Source: an uncultured Verrucomicrobiae bacterium (GTDB lineage Bacteria; Verrucomicrobiota; Verrucomicrobiia; Chthoniobacterales; JAATET01). From it: 64,000 bases of DNA. Shown here one piece after another: positions 48,477-59,257 of this stretch. The notes under the pieces are model-generated. The model ran no database searches and was not told the DNA's origin. It saw only the letters and a program-made list of their open reading frames with translations. Position numbers and translations under genes: made by a program. The stretch lies in NCBI GenBank assembly GCA_963719495.1, contig CAVRCI010000011.1:64001-128000 (forward strand), read 5' to 3'. The first letter of the stretch is position 1; the number at the start of each line of letters is the position of its first letter.

Positions 48477-50525
48477 ATGAAATTGACGTTGTTCCCCCCG
48501 GTTCTTGGAGTGTTGGCATTGGTGCTCGGAGGTGCGGGCGGGGCGCTGGCCGACGGAATGCCGGAGCGGTTCGCGCCGATCACGCACGGCGTCGAGGGGT
48601 TGACCGCGGACGTGGGCGTCGGGTTGTGGGGTTGGCCGATGACCGTGGATCGCAACGGCGACGGACACTTGGATCTCACGCTAGTCGCGGGGGCCATGCC
48701 GAAGGGAACGTTCTACTACGAGAACACGGGGCGGGCGGACGAGAAGACGGGCGGGCCGCTTTTCGCGGCGCCGACGCGGATCGGTGACGGGGGGAACGAT
48801 CTGACGCTTTCAGTAACGTCGACCGGGCCGCGGGTGCTCGGTCCGGGCGTCGAGTATCCGGATTTTTTGGAGGAGGGTTTGGGCGAGGGGAAGAATCTTT
48901 CGGTCGACGAGGAGTCCGTCCACTTGTCGAGTGGGCGGACCCGCGGCAAGCAATGGAGCTACGTGGACTACGATGGCGACGGCGTGCTCGATTTGATCGT
49001 GGGGGTTGGGGATTGGACGGATTACGGCTGGGACAACGCTTACGATGCGAATGGCCGCTGGGTGAACGGACCACTGCACGGCTTCGTTTACGTGCTGAAG
49101 AATCGCGGGACGGACGACGCGCCGGATTACGCGGAGCCGGTGCGACTTCAGGCGGACGGTCGGGACATCGACGTTTACGGGATGCCTTCGCCGGTGTTCG
49201 CGGATTTTCGGGGGACGGGGAAGTTGGATCTCATTTGCGGAGAGTTTGTGGATGGATTGACGTTCTTCGAGAACATCGGGACGCGCGAGGAGCCGAAGTA
49301 TGCGCCGGGTCAGCGGCTGCGCTTCGACGGCAAGCCGATCACGATGCCGCTAGAGATGATCGTGGTGACGAGCGCGGATTGGAATGGCGACGGTCGACCC
49401 GACCTCGTGGTCTCGCAGGAGGACAGCCGGACGGCGTGGCTCGAGAATACGGGGGAGTTGGTCGACGTGACGGATAACAAAGGGGAAGTCGTGGCCCGGA
49501 TCCCGGAGTTTCGGCGTCCGGAATTTTTCCGGCAGATCGCGGACGACGTGCGGTTCGGCGTGCTGACCTCGCCCGTGTCGGTCGACTGGAACGGCGATGG
49601 CCGGGACGACATTCTGACCGGTAACGCCGCGGGCGAGATCGCGTTCATCGAGAACCTTGGCGGGTCGCCGCCAACCTGGGCGGAACCGGAATTGCTCGAG
49701 GCCGACGGCGAGCCGATCCGGATCATGGCCGGACAGAACGGATCGATTCAGGGTCCGGCGGAGTCAAAGTGGGGCTACACGAACATTGGCGTCGGCGATT
49801 GGGATGGCGATGGGTTGGCCGACGTCGTGGCGGGGTCCATTCTGGGCACGGTCGTCTGGTATCGAAACGTGGGGACGGCGAGCGCCCCCGAGCTGGCGGG
49901 GGCCGAGCCACTGCGGGTAGCTTGGGAAGGCGCGCCGCCAAAGCCGGAGTGGAATTGGTGGGATCCGGAGGCGAACGAACTCGTGGTCGAGTGGCGCTGC
50001 ACGCCGGTGGTGATCGATTTGGACGGGGATGGGATCAATGATTTAGTGAGCGTCGATCACGAGGGGTATCTCGCATGGTATCGGCAGGTGGAAAGGGACG
50101 GCGGGCGGGTGTTGTTGCCGGGCCAGCGGGTTTTTCAGATGCAGGGACCTTCGACCTTCGACGCAAAGCACAAAGCGACGGGTGACGAGGATGGGTTGCT
50201 GCGGCTGAGCGACGGCTACGCTGGGAGATCGGGACGCCGGACCTACGCGTTTGTCGACTGGGACGGCGACGGTCGGCTGGATCTGCTGGTGAATAGCCGC
50301 AACGTGAATTTTCTGCGCAACGTGTCGGACGTCGAGGGTGAGTGGATCTTCGAAGACCGGGGGCCAGTCGACGGGCGGCGCCTGGCGGGCCACAGCACGA
50401 CGCCCGCGGTCGTGGATTGGGACGGTGATTCCATCCCGGACCTGCTCGCGGGTGCGGAGGACGGACGATTTTATTACCTGAAAAACCCGCGGTCGGTGCC
50501 CGCGAACGGCGACTCGAGCGAATGA
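48477..50525 (+). CDS. Secreted VCBS/FG-GAP repeat protein
   Basis: Signal peptide; many DxDGDGxxDL repeats. Confidence 0.88.
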   Translation: MKLTLFPPVLGVLALVLGGAGGALADGMPERFAPITHGVEGLTADVGVGLWGWPMTVDRNGDGHLDLTLVAGAMPKGTFYYENTGRADEKTGGPLFAAPTRIGDGGNDLTLSVTSTGPRVLGPGVEYPDFLEEGLGEGKNLSVDEESVHLSSGRTRGKQWSYVDYDGDGVLDLIVGVGDWTDYGWDNAYDANGRWVNGPLHGFVYVLKNRGTDDAPDYAEPVRLQADGRDIDVYGMPSPVFADFRGTGKLDLICGEFVDGLTFFENIGTREEPKYAPGQRLRFDGKPITMPLEMIVVTSADWNGDGRPDLVVSQEDSRTAWLENTGELVDVTDNKGEVVARIPEFRRPEFFRQIADDVRFGVLTSPVSVDWNGDGRDDILTGNAAGEIAFIENLGGSPPTWAEPELLEADGEPIRIMAGQNGSIQGPAESKWGYTNIGVGDWDGDGLADVVAGSILGTVVWYRNVGTASAPELAGAEPLRVAWEGAPPKPEWNWWDPEANELVVEWRCTPVVIDLDGDGINDLVSVDHEGYLAWYRQVERDGGRVLLPGQRVFQMQGPSTFDAKHKATGDEDGLLRLSDGYAGRSGRRTYAFVDWDGDGRLDLLVNSRNVNFLRNVSDVEGEWIFEDRGPVDGRRLAGHSTTPAVVDWDGDSIPDLLAGAEDGRFYYLKNPRSVPANGDSSE

Positions 50526-51493
50526 TGACAACGATTCAAACCCTCGAAGCCGATCAGCCCGCATCGGCGACGCTGCCGATCTCGCCGGAGGCTCCGCGCT
50601 CGGGCATCCTGGCGGCTCTCTGGATCCCGACTGACGAGGCGGGAGAGCCCCGAACGGATCTGCTCGCACGGCACGTGGCGTGGCTGGAACGCAAGGGCGT
50701 GCACGGCATCCTGGCCCTGGGAAGCACGGGGGAATTCGCCCGGATGGAACTCGGAGCGCGCGCCAACCTGCTGCGCGAGATCATGGCGTTGCGGAGCGAG
50801 TTGCCGGTGATCGTGAACGTGAGTTCGATCCGGCTGGACGACGTGATTTCGCTCGGGCGGACGGCGCGGGGGCTGGGAGCGGCGGGGGTCGCGCTGATGC
50901 CGCCGCCATTTTTTCCGCTCGATCAGGAGGACATCCTGGAATTTTTCCTGCGGGCGTCCGAGGCGTTCGACCTGCCCGTCTACCTCTACAATTACCCGGA
51001 AGTGACGGGTAATCGGATCGGTCCGGACGTCGTGCGGGACTTCGCCACGCGGGCGCGGATGGTGGGAATCAAGCAGAGCGGCGGCGAACTCGATTATCAC
51101 GATGAATTGATCGCCTTGGGCCGCGAGCACGACTTCTCGGTCTTCACGGCCGCCGATCCACGGCTCGGAGAATTTCTCGAGAAAGGAGCCGCGGGGTGCC
51201 TCGGGGGACTGGCGAATTTCCTGCCGGAATACATGGTCACCGTCTTCGACGCCTGCCGCCGGGGCCGGGGCGACGAGGTCGCGGAGATCTCTCGGCGTCT
51301 GTTGAAGGTCGGTGAGATCCTGGCGCCGCTGAATCTGCCCTATAATGCGCGGGCTGGAATCGAGGCGCGAGGATTCGATCCGGGGGCGGTGAAAACGGTC
51401 GTTTCGGCGCGGACGATGGAGGCGTGCGGGCTGGCGCGGGATCGATTGGTGGAGAAATTCGTCGAATGGGGTCTCGAGATCGAAACCAAGTAA
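50522..51493 (+). CDS. Dihydrodipicolinate synthase family aldolase/lyase (NanA/KDG-aldolase-like)
   Basis: LGSTGEF, YLYNYP, Schiff-base Lys in GIKQS. Confidence 0.88.
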   Translation: MMTTIQTLEADQPASATLPISPEAPRSGILAALWIPTDEAGEPRTDLLARHVAWLERKGVHGILALGSTGEFARMELGARANLLREIMALRSELPVIVNVSSIRLDDVISLGRTARGLGAAGVALMPPPFFPLDQEDILEFFLRASEAFDLPVYLYNYPEVTGNRIGPDVVRDFATRARMVGIKQSGGELDYHDELIALGREHDFSVFTAADPRLGEFLEKGAAGCLGGLANFLPEYMVTVFDACRRGRGDEVAEISRRLLKVGEILAPLNLPYNARAGIEARGFDPGAVKTVVSARTMEACGLARDRLVEKFVEWGLEIETK

Positions 51494-51521
51494 GTTCGAG
51501 TCAAACGCTCCGTTCCCCCGA

Positions 51522-53036
51522 ATGAACTCCCATTTCACGGTTCTCGATTTCGCCATTCTCGTCGTCTATTTCGCGGGGACGATGGCGGTGGGCGTCTTCT
51601 TCTGGCGGCGGAGCCGGTCGGTCGACGCGTTCACGGCGGCGAGCGGCAGCCTGCCGGGGTGGCTGACGGGACTGTCGATCCTCGGCACCTACGTCAGCAG
51701 CATCAGTTTCCTGGCCCTGCCGGGAAAGGCGTTTGCGGCGAATTGGAATCCGTTCGTCTTCAGCCTTTCGATTCCGCTGGCGACGTGGGTGGCGGTGAAG
51801 TGGTTTCTACCGTTCTACCGGCGGGGCGGGCACATCTCGGCCTACGAGCATTTGGAGGAACGATTCGGGCCGTGGGCGCGGGTCTACACGAGCGCGTGTT
51901 ATCTGCTGACCCAGCTCGCGCGCATGGGCACGGTGATGTATCTAATGGCGCTGCCGATCAGCATCCTGCTCGGATGGGACATTTGGTGGATCATTCTGGT
52001 GACGGGGGTATCGGTCACCATCTACACGTTCATCGGCGGGATCGAGGCGGTGATCTGGACGGACGCGATCCAGACGGTCGTGCTGATCTTCGGCGCGATT
52101 CTCTGCGCTTTGCTGATGCTCTTCGGCCTGCCGGAGGGGCCGGGTCAGGTTTTTCGGATCGCGGCGGAATACGATAAATTCAGTCTCGGCAGCTATTCGT
52201 TCGACCTCTCGCAGTCGACGTTCTGGGTGGTGCTCGTCTACGGGCTGGTGATCAATCTGCAGAACTTCGGAATCGATCAGAATTACATTCAGCGTTACCT
52301 GACGTCGAAATCCGACGCGGAGGCTCGGAAGAGTGTCTGGATGGGCGGGCTGCTTTACGTGCCGCTCTCGGCGGTCTTCTTCTTCATTGGGACGTTGCTC
52401 TTCGCGTTTTACCTGACGCACCCCGGCGAGTTGCCCGAGGCCTACCAGGCTGCGGACAAGAGCGATTACGTTTTTCCAAATTTCATCGTCACGGTTCTGC
52501 CGCCCGGAGTGACGGGTCTGCTCATTGCGGCGATCTTCGCCGCGGCGATGAGCACGGTATCGAGTAGCCTGAATTCGTCGGCGACGATCGTTCTCAATGA
52601 CTATTACAAACGCTACCTCCGACCCGCTGCGACGGACCGCCAGTGCATGGCGGTGCTCTACGCGGTGACGGTCGTGTGGGGAGTGCTGGGCACGGGAATG
52701 GCGCTCGCGATGACGCGGGTCCCGAGCGCGCTCGACGCGTGGTGGATGCTGGCGGGCATCTTCGGCGGCGGGACGCTGGGACTGTTCTTGCTCGGATTCC
52801 TGAGCCGGAAACCGCGGGCGTTCTCCGCGGCGGTTGGAGTGATCGTGGGACTGCTCGTGATCGTGTGGATGACGCTTTCGCCGAAGATCCCGGGGCTGCC
52901 CGCGGGGTTGGTGAGTCCGTTTAACGGCTTCCTGATCGTGGTCTTCGGCACGAGCGCAATTCTCATCGTTGGCCTGTTGGTCACCGCGTGGCTGCGTCCG
53001 GCCGCTCCCGCCCATTCACCCCCACCGGATTCATGA
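51522..53036 (+). CDS. Sodium:solute symporter (SiaT-like)
   Basis: SSISFLALPG, SAYEHLEERFG, GGIEAVIWTDAIQ, DQNYIQRY, AAIFAAAMST. Confidence 0.92.
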   Translation: MNSHFTVLDFAILVVYFAGTMAVGVFFWRRSRSVDAFTAASGSLPGWLTGLSILGTYVSSISFLALPGKAFAANWNPFVFSLSIPLATWVAVKWFLPFYRRGGHISAYEHLEERFGPWARVYTSACYLLTQLARMGTVMYLMALPISILLGWDIWWIILVTGVSVTIYTFIGGIEAVIWTDAIQTVVLIFGAILCALLMLFGLPEGPGQVFRIAAEYDKFSLGSYSFDLSQSTFWVVLVYGLVINLQNFGIDQNYIQRYLTSKSDAEARKSVWMGGLLYVPLSAVFFFIGTLLFAFYLTHPGELPEAYQAADKSDYVFPNFIVTVLPPGVTGLLIAAIFAAAMSTVSSSLNSSATIVLNDYYKRYLRPAATDRQCMAVLYAVTVVWGVLGTGMALAMTRVPSALDAWWMLAGIFGGGTLGLFLLGFLSRKPRAFSAAVGVIVGLLVIVWMTLSPKIPGLPAGLVSPFNGFLIVVFGTSAILIVGLLVTAWLRPAAPAHSPPPDS

Positions 53037-54562
53037 AAAACCCGATCATCAACGCGGCAGCATCGCTGTTGCTGATTCTTCCCGTCGCCGCGGCCGCGGT
53101 CCGACCAGCGCCCGTCTTTCAGGACGGCGTTGTGCTCCAACGCGACCGTCCGGTCCCGGTTTGGGGAACCGCTGAGCCTCGCGAGGAGATCGTCGTCGAG
53201 TTTGCGGGACAACGGAAGGAAGCGGAGGCGGACGAAGGTGGCAAATGGCGCGTCGATCTCGATGCGCTGCCAGCCAGCGCGGAAGCGGGAACTTTGAAAA
53301 TAACCGGTACCGACGTGGTGACGGTCGGCGACGTGTTGGTCGGTGAGGTCTGGATCTGCGGCGGCCAGTCGAACATGGAGTGGACGGTGGACCGCGCCGG
53401 CAATGCCGAGGCCGAAGTGGCGGGGGGAACTTTCCCGCTCATCCGGCATTTCAAGGTCGAGCGGGCGGCGTCCGAGCAGCCGCTGGATCAGCTCGAGGGC
53501 AAGTGGGTCGCGGCGTCTCCGGCGACCGTCGGAGATTTTTCAGCAGTGGGCTATTTCTTCGGGCGGGAGCTGTTTGGCAATCTCGACGTCCCGATCGGGT
53601 TGGTCAATTCGAGCTACGGCGGGACGGAGATCGAAGCGTGGATGAGCGCGAAAGGGCTGGCGGCCACGTCGGTGGCGGCGAGCGTGGAGGCCCGCTGGCA
53701 GGAACGAGTCGCGGCGTTTCCAGCGGACGTCGAGAAATACGAGGCGGCGGTGGCCAAGTGGGAGACGGCCCGCGACGAGGCGCGGGCTGATGGCCACAAA
53801 TTTGCAAAAAAGCGCCCGCGCGAACCCGAAGGACGCGGCACCCGCAAGCAGCCTTCGACGCTCTACAACGCGATGATCAATCCGCTGATCCCCTTCGCGG
53901 CCCGGGGCGTGATCTGGTATCAAGGCGAGGCCAATCAGGGCCGGTCCGCGGAATACGCGGAGCTCTTCCCGGGGATGATTTCGCAGTGGCGGGGGGACTT
54001 CGAGCAACCGGGACTGCCGTTCTATTTCGTCCAACTCGCGAACAACGTTCGCAAGAACGATCCGAGCGGGGAAGCCTGGGGGTATCTGCGGGAGGCGCAG
54101 ACGAAGGCTCTGGAACTCCCGGCGACCGGCATGGCCGTGGCGGTGGACATCGGCGAGTCGGACGACATCCATCCGAAGAACAAGCAGGAAGTGGGGCGGC
54201 GGTTGGCGTTGTTGGCGCTGGCGAACGTCTACGACCGTCCGATCGAATTCGCCGGACCGCGCTTCGCGGGAACGCGGATCGAGGACGACCGGATCGTCGT
54301 GGAGTTTGCGAATGCCGAAGGTCTGGAACTCCGGGCGGAGAACGGCGAAACCGGCTTTGCGATCGCGGGTGCCGATCTGAAGTTCCGGCTCGCGGCTGCT
54401 GAGGTAAAGGGCGGCGAGGTGTGGGTCGGCGCGGACGAAGTGCCGTCCCCGACCGCGGTGCGCTACGCGTGGGCCAATGACCCGATCGCGACCCTCTTCA
54501 ACGGCAGCGACCTTCCGACGGAACCGTTCCGCACGGACGAGGTGCCGGAAGCCGTAGATTGA
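53033..54562 (+). CDS. Sialate O-acetylesterase family protein
   Basis: [36 protein letters not shown]. Confidence 0.92.
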   Translation: MKNPIINAAASLLLILPVAAAAVRPAPVFQDGVVLQRDRPVPVWGTAEPREEIVVEFAGQRKEAEADEGGKWRVDLDALPASAEAGTLKITGTDVVTVGDVLVGEVWICGGQSNMEWTVDRAGNAEAEVAGGTFPLIRHFKVERAASEQPLDQLEGKWVAASPATVGDFSAVGYFFGRELFGNLDVPIGLVNSSYGGTEIEAWMSAKGLAATSVAASVEARWQERVAAFPADVEKYEAAVAKWETARDEARADGHKFAKKRPREPEGRGTRKQPSTLYNAMINPLIPFAARGVIWYQGEANQGRSAEYAELFPGMISQWRGDFEQPGLPFYFVQLANNVRKNDPSGEAWGYLREAQTKALELPATGMAVAVDIGESDDIHPKNKQEVGRRLALLALANVYDRPIEFAGPRFAGTRIEDDRIVVEFANAEGLELRAENGETGFAIAGADLKFRLAAAEVKGGEVWVGADEVPSPTAVRYAWANDPIATLFNGSDLPTEPFRTDEVPEAVD

Positions 54563-56226
54563 GCGCCAACATCGACTCTGTGAAACAGGATCGCTATTTC
54601 GTCGGGGTCGACGTGGGGACAGGCAGTGCGCGGGCGGGCGTCTTTACCAGCGCTGGTCGTCGGTTGGGGATGGCGAAGCGGGACATCCAAACGTGGAAAC
54701 CCGCACCCAATTTCGTCGAGCAATCATCGGACGACATCTGGCGCGCGGTCTGCGATTCCGTCCGCTCGGCCGTGTCGGAGAGCGGAATCGACGCGGGGGA
54801 GGTCGCGGGCATCGGCTTCGACGCAACGTGCTCGCTCGTTGTGCTCGACGGTGCCGGCGAGCCGCTGCCGGTCACTCCAGACGGACAGGCGGCGCAGAAT
54901 GTGATCGTGTGGATGGATCACCGAGCGGTGGCCGAAGCGGCTCAGATCAATGGCTTCGGTGAGGAAGAAGTGCTCCGCTACGTCGGCGGAAAAATCTCGC
55001 CCGAGATGCAGATTCCGAAACTGCTTTGGCTGAAATCGCACCACCCGACGACTTGGCGAGCGGCGGCGCACTTTCTCGATCTGCCCGACTTCCTGACCTT
55101 TCGGGCGACGGGTGATTTGACGCGGTCCCTGTGTTCGACGGTCTGCAAGTGGACGTATCTCGGGCACCGGACGGCGGAGCAGGGTGGGGGCTGGGACGAA
55201 TCGTTTTTCGCTCGCGTCGGGCTGGAGGACTTGCCGGGAGTGGATGCGGCGCGTATCGGCTCGCGGATTCGTCCCGTGGGCGAGTCGATTGGGCATGGTC
55301 TCTCGGAGTCTGCCGCCCAATCCCTCGGACTCACCGCGGGGACGGCGGTCGGTGTCTCGCTGATCGACGCGCATGCGGGGGGCGTCGGGATGGTGGGAGC
55401 GTCGATCGAAACGGGCGACCAGGTCGATTTCAACCGGCGACTCGCGCTCATCGGCGGGACCTCGTCCTGCCACATGGCGGTTTCCACCGACGCACGATTC
55501 ATTCCCGGGGTGTGGGGTCCGTATTGGTCGGCGATGATCCCTGGGCTCTGGCTGAACGAGGGAGGGCAGTCGGCTTCCGGCGCGCTGGTCGATCACGTGA
55601 TCGGAACCCACGGGGCAACGGGCGAATTGAATGACTCAGCCGCGCGCGGCGTGGTCTCGGTCTACGAATTTCTCAATCGTCGACTGGACGCACTCGCGGC
55701 GGATGGGACCGTGGATTTCCTGACCGGGCACCTGCACGTGAATCCGGACTTCCACGGGAATCGGTCCCCGCGGGCGAACCCGGATTTGCGGGGAATGATC
55801 TGCGGGTTGCGGCTGTCGAGCACGCTCGACGACCTGGCGCTGCTCTATCTCGCCACGGTGCAGGCGATCGCCTGCGGGACGCGGCACATCGTCGAGGAGT
55901 TCAACCGCAACGGTTACGAGATCGACACGATCTTCGTCTGCGGCGGAGGGACGAAGAACCCGGTCTTCCTGCGGCAGCACGCGAACGTCACCGGCTGCCG
56001 TCTGATCCTGCCGGAGGAACCCGAAGCGGTCCTGGTGGGAGCGGCGATTCTGGGAGCGGTGGCCGCGGGTGATTTTCCATCCGTCGAGGCGGCCATGCGG
56101 GAAATGACGCGTTCGGGGTCCGTGGTCGATCCAGACTCCGCGACGAAGGATTTTCACGACCGGAAACTTGCCGTGTTTCACCGGCTGCACGCCGACCAGG
56201 TCGCCTACGAAGGCCTCATGCGATGA
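54559..56226 (+). CDS. FGGY family carbohydrate kinase (D-ribulokinase-like)
   Basis: [60 protein letters not shown]. Confidence 0.9.
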   Translation: MSANIDSVKQDRYFVGVDVGTGSARAGVFTSAGRRLGMAKRDIQTWKPAPNFVEQSSDDIWRAVCDSVRSAVSESGIDAGEVAGIGFDATCSLVVLDGAGEPLPVTPDGQAAQNVIVWMDHRAVAEAAQINGFGEEEVLRYVGGKISPEMQIPKLLWLKSHHPTTWRAAAHFLDLPDFLTFRATGDLTRSLCSTVCKWTYLGHRTAEQGGGWDESFFARVGLEDLPGVDAARIGSRIRPVGESIGHGLSESAAQSLGLTAGTAVGVSLIDAHAGGVGMVGASIETGDQVDFNRRLALIGGTSSCHMAVSTDARFIPGVWGPYWSAMIPGLWLNEGGQSASGALVDHVIGTHGATGELNDSAARGVVSVYEFLNRRLDALAADGTVDFLTGHLHVNPDFHGNRSPRANPDLRGMICGLRLSSTLDDLALLYLATVQAIACGTRHIVEEFNRNGYEIDTIFVCGGGTKNPVFLRQHANVTGCRLILPEEPEAVLVGAAILGAVAAGDFPSVEAAMREMTRSGSVVDPDSATKDFHDRKLAVFHRLHADQVAYEGLMR

Positions 56227-56251
56227 ATTTCGTTCTCCACCGCAATTTATT

Positions 56252-56267
56252 GCTAAAAGGTTATTGC
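56252..56267. promoter_or_regulatory. Putative LacI-family operator, site 2
   Basis: GCTAAAAGGTTATTGC upstream of the 56318 gene. Confidence 0.55.
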
Positions 56268-56317
56268 CGGGGTTCGAGTCTCGTGTGATTCTTGGAATTC
56301 GATCATCCTTCCAGCCC

Positions 56318-57118
56318 ATGCTTCCTCCGATCCCCGCCCGTTTCGCCCGTCCAACACTATTCCTCCTCGGCGCGCTTGCGTTGACGACCGCTCGCGCCGA
56401 AACGGTGCTTGTCGCCGATGAGTTCGCCGACGGGAGTCGGCGGGGGAACAGTCCGCCGGAGTCGCTGGATTGGGTCAGCTCGGTCGACGGTCGTTACTTG
56501 GAAGGTGATCGGGGGAAAATGAGAATTTTGGGTGCCCGGGAGTCCGGTCGCCACGCCGTTGCCCACTTCGTGGCTCCCGAAGACGCCGTGACCCTCGAGA
56601 CCGGAGAAACACTGGAGTTTACCTTCGACGTGACGCCGCTGGAGGAAGGTCCACCCCAAGGTAACAGTTTGCGCTTTGGTCTCTTCGACTCGGCGAACGA
56701 GGCGGTCAATTATTTTGGCTCCGACGGGACGAATCCGAAGGCTGCCAGCGCGGAGGGCTACGTCGGCGTCCTGAGTCTCAAATCCGAGACCGAAGTCGCG
56801 CTCGGTATTCTCCGCCGGAGCGGAGACGGTGGGCTGCTGACCAACTCCCACGCCTACAATACGGAGAGCATGAGCAATGCGCCGGAGGGCGTGGGGGTCG
56901 GAGAAACCTATCGCGTCACGCTGCGGGTGAAGCGGACTGGTGACCGGGAGGCGCAGGTCGAGGTTGCCGTGTCGGGCGGGACGTTTGCCCGGGAGATTCG
57001 CGACAAATGGACCGACGAGGAAAGTCCGTTGTTCACCTTCGATCTCATCGGCTTTTCCATCTTTCAAGCGTTCTCGGCGGCGGAAATTTCGAACGTTCGG
57101 CTGGTGAAGCTACCGTGA
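56318..57118 (+). CDS. Hypothetical secreted beta-rich protein
   Basis: Signal peptide ending ARA; LRFGLFDS segment; GTGA-coupled to the next gene. Confidence 0.7.
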   Translation: MLPPIPARFARPTLFLLGALALTTARAETVLVADEFADGSRRGNSPPESLDWVSSVDGRYLEGDRGKMRILGARESGRHAVAHFVAPEDAVTLETGETLEFTFDVTPLEEGPPQGNSLRFGLFDSANEAVNYFGSDGTNPKAASAEGYVGVLSLKSETEVALGILRRSGDGGLLTNSHAYNTESMSNAPEGVGVGETYRVTLRVKRTGDREAQVEVAVSGGTFAREIRDKWTDEESPLFTFDLIGFSIFQAFSAAEISNVRLVKLP

Positions 57119-59184
57119 CTCGCCGCGCCGGAGCTTGCCCCTCGCCCGTCGGCATTGTCGTCTCGCTGATTTCGATGATGATGAGCGTTCCGTCGGTTCG
57201 CGCGGCGGAACTCTCGACTTCCGCCGACACCGTGGCGCTTCAATCAGCGGAGCCAGCCGGCCTCGGCCCGTTGTCCCTCCCGAGTCTTTACTCCGAAATT
57301 CCCGGTGCAGCGTCGGTCTACGGGGGAGCGCGTCCCGACCTGTTCGTCGTGGCGGCGGAGAGGAAAAGCGGGACACTGCTTCTGTATCGTTGGCTGCGGG
57401 ATTCGCCGGATGGCGTCCCGGTATTTGGCGAACCGCGCGAGATCTCCGCTCCGATCGTGCTCAATGGAACGATCTTCGAAATGCCGGATGGCGAAATTCA
57501 TGGTCTTTGGTTGGACGGGAAGGCGATCGTGCGGGCGGATTTCGATCGGAGCACGTTTGCTTTTCGAGAAAACGGCCGCGTGATCCTGTCCATCACCCCG
57601 CGAAGCGTCGCGGCGTTTCCAAACGAAGACGGTAGCGTGGACATCGCGGTCGAGCTGACGGAACACCCGGACTCGGGCGAGGATTCCGACGTTGAAACCG
57701 ACCGATCCAGTCCGGATTGGCGGCCTTACGATGCGGCGGGAATTTCGACCGAGCCTGCTCGGTTCAGCCACGTCGTCGGATTTCGACTCCCCGGATTCTT
57801 GCGAGGTCCAGCGGAAGGGGAACGTCAGATCTCGCCCGTCCGGAACGACGCCTACTACGATATGCGCAATCTGGCTCGCGTCGACGTGGGACCCGACCGA
57901 CCAGCGGGTCTTGTCGCCGGGACGCGGATGGGGAGTTTTTATTATTACCCGGATCCGTTTGGGTCCGACGCGCCTCGGCGTTTGCTGATGGCCGACCCGG
58001 ACGGGATTGCGATCCGCCACCCGAGCATCGCCCCCGTGGTTTGCGCATACCCTCGAGCGGACGGGCGGTCCGACTTGATCGCCGCGGGTGAGGGCGGAAT
58101 TCATTACTACCGGTTTGAAAATCGCTTCACCGACGCTGGTGCGCCGATCTACGAAAAACCAAGGATGGTCCTCCAGGAAAATGCCGATCTTTTCCCCGGG
58201 AAGCTACCCGCGCTGAGCGTCGCGGACTGGACGGGGAATGGCGCATTCGACATCATCGCGGGCAACTCCGAGGGATTTGTCGTTTTGTTCAAGAACGTCG
58301 GGACGACGGATGAGCCTAAGTTTCTGTCCGGTGAACGGATTCAATCTGATGGTGCCGACATCCACATCCAGGCTGGCTACTCGGGCAGCGTCCAGGGTTT
58401 GAAAGAAGCCCGCTGGGGTTACGTTTCGCCCACGGTCGTGGACTGGAACGGGGACGGCCTGCCGGACATTGTGATGGGTGACATCACGGGCGACTACACC
58501 GTTTACCTGAATCGCGGGACGAAAGAAGCACCCGAGCTGGGTCCCGCGCTTCCGCTCTACTGCGACGGCGTGCCGCTGCACGGAATGTGGCGGTCGCGGG
58601 CGGCCGTGGCGGAACTCGATGGTCGCATGGCGATGGTGATCGTCGATGGGGAAGATCACTTCCATCTCTACTGGAAGGTGGACAACCAGAACGTCGACGA
58701 TGGTGGTAAGCTGACGCTCGCGGACGGGTCGTTGATTGAAACAAGCTTCGATCCCGCGGGCGGCACGGGCCGGTGCAAACTCGATTTCTTCGACTACGAT
58801 GGGGACGGGGTGCTCGACTTGATCATCGGAACGGGCCGCCGATCTGCGATTCCAGACAAGGAAACGGGATACCCGATGCCGATGCTTGGCAACCGAACGC
58901 TGGGAACGCCTCTTTTCATGAAGAACGTTGGGAGCAACGCCGAGCCGATGTTTGCTCGTCCTCAGGTCTTTTCCCACGCGAATTTCGGCCTCGTTCAGCC
59001 GGGTGGCTCTCATGAGACGGGCGCGATTGCAACACCGCTCGGTGGCGACGGACCCAATCTGCTGGTAGCAAGCGAAACGGGCGAACTTTTCCTTCTTCGC
59101 AAAAAGAACCTTTCGCTCCTGACTCCGGAGCAGGCAGCCACCTACCGGGATCGGCGCAACCCGCTGCCCCGATCAGAAAATTAA
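57115..59184 (+). CDS. Secreted VCBS/FG-GAP repeat protein (second)
   Basis: DWNGDGLPDI and DYDGDGVLDLI repeats; shares IQAGYSGSVQG..EARWGY with IMAGQNGSIQG..ESKWGY of 48477-50525. Confidence 0.85.
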   Translation: MTRRAGACPSPVGIVVSLISMMMSVPSVRAAELSTSADTVALQSAEPAGLGPLSLPSLYSEIPGAASVYGGARPDLFVVAAERKSGTLLLYRWLRDSPDGVPVFGEPREISAPIVLNGTIFEMPDGEIHGLWLDGKAIVRADFDRSTFAFRENGRVILSITPRSVAAFPNEDGSVDIAVELTEHPDSGEDSDVETDRSSPDWRPYDAAGISTEPARFSHVVGFRLPGFLRGPAEGERQISPVRNDAYYDMRNLARVDVGPDRPAGLVAGTRMGSFYYYPDPFGSDAPRRLLMADPDGIAIRHPSIAPVVCAYPRADGRSDLIAAGEGGIHYYRFENRFTDAGAPIYEKPRMVLQENADLFPGKLPALSVADWTGNGAFDIIAGNSEGFVVLFKNVGTTDEPKFLSGERIQSDGADIHIQAGYSGSVQGLKEARWGYVSPTVVDWNGDGLPDIVMGDITGDYTVYLNRGTKEAPELGPALPLYCDGVPLHGMWRSRAAVAELDGRMAMVIVDGEDHFHLYWKVDNQNVDDGGKLTLADGSLIETSFDPAGGTGRCKLDFFDYDGDGVLDLIIGTGRRSAIPDKETGYPMPMLGNRTLGTPLFMKNVGSNAEPMFARPQVFSHANFGLVQPGGSHETGAIATPLGGDGPNLLVASETGELFLLRKKNLSLLTPEQAATYRDRRNPLPRSEN

Positions 59185-59215
59185 AGCGGCCCCTCGAAAT
59201 ATATCTTGCTTAACA

Positions 59216-59231
59216 GCTATAAGGATTTAGC
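59216..59231. promoter_or_regulatory. Putative LacI-family operator, site 3
   Basis: GCTATAAGGATTTAGC upstream of the PEP-CTERM gene. Confidence 0.55.
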
Positions 59232-59257
59232 GTTCACAAAACCTCAACTACCAAATC

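Noticed and set aside
50522..54562. Canonical nan (sialic acid) operon, nanA or dapA call
   Set aside because: nanK, nanE, nagA and a sialidase are not seen; family-level motifs do not justify a gene symbol.
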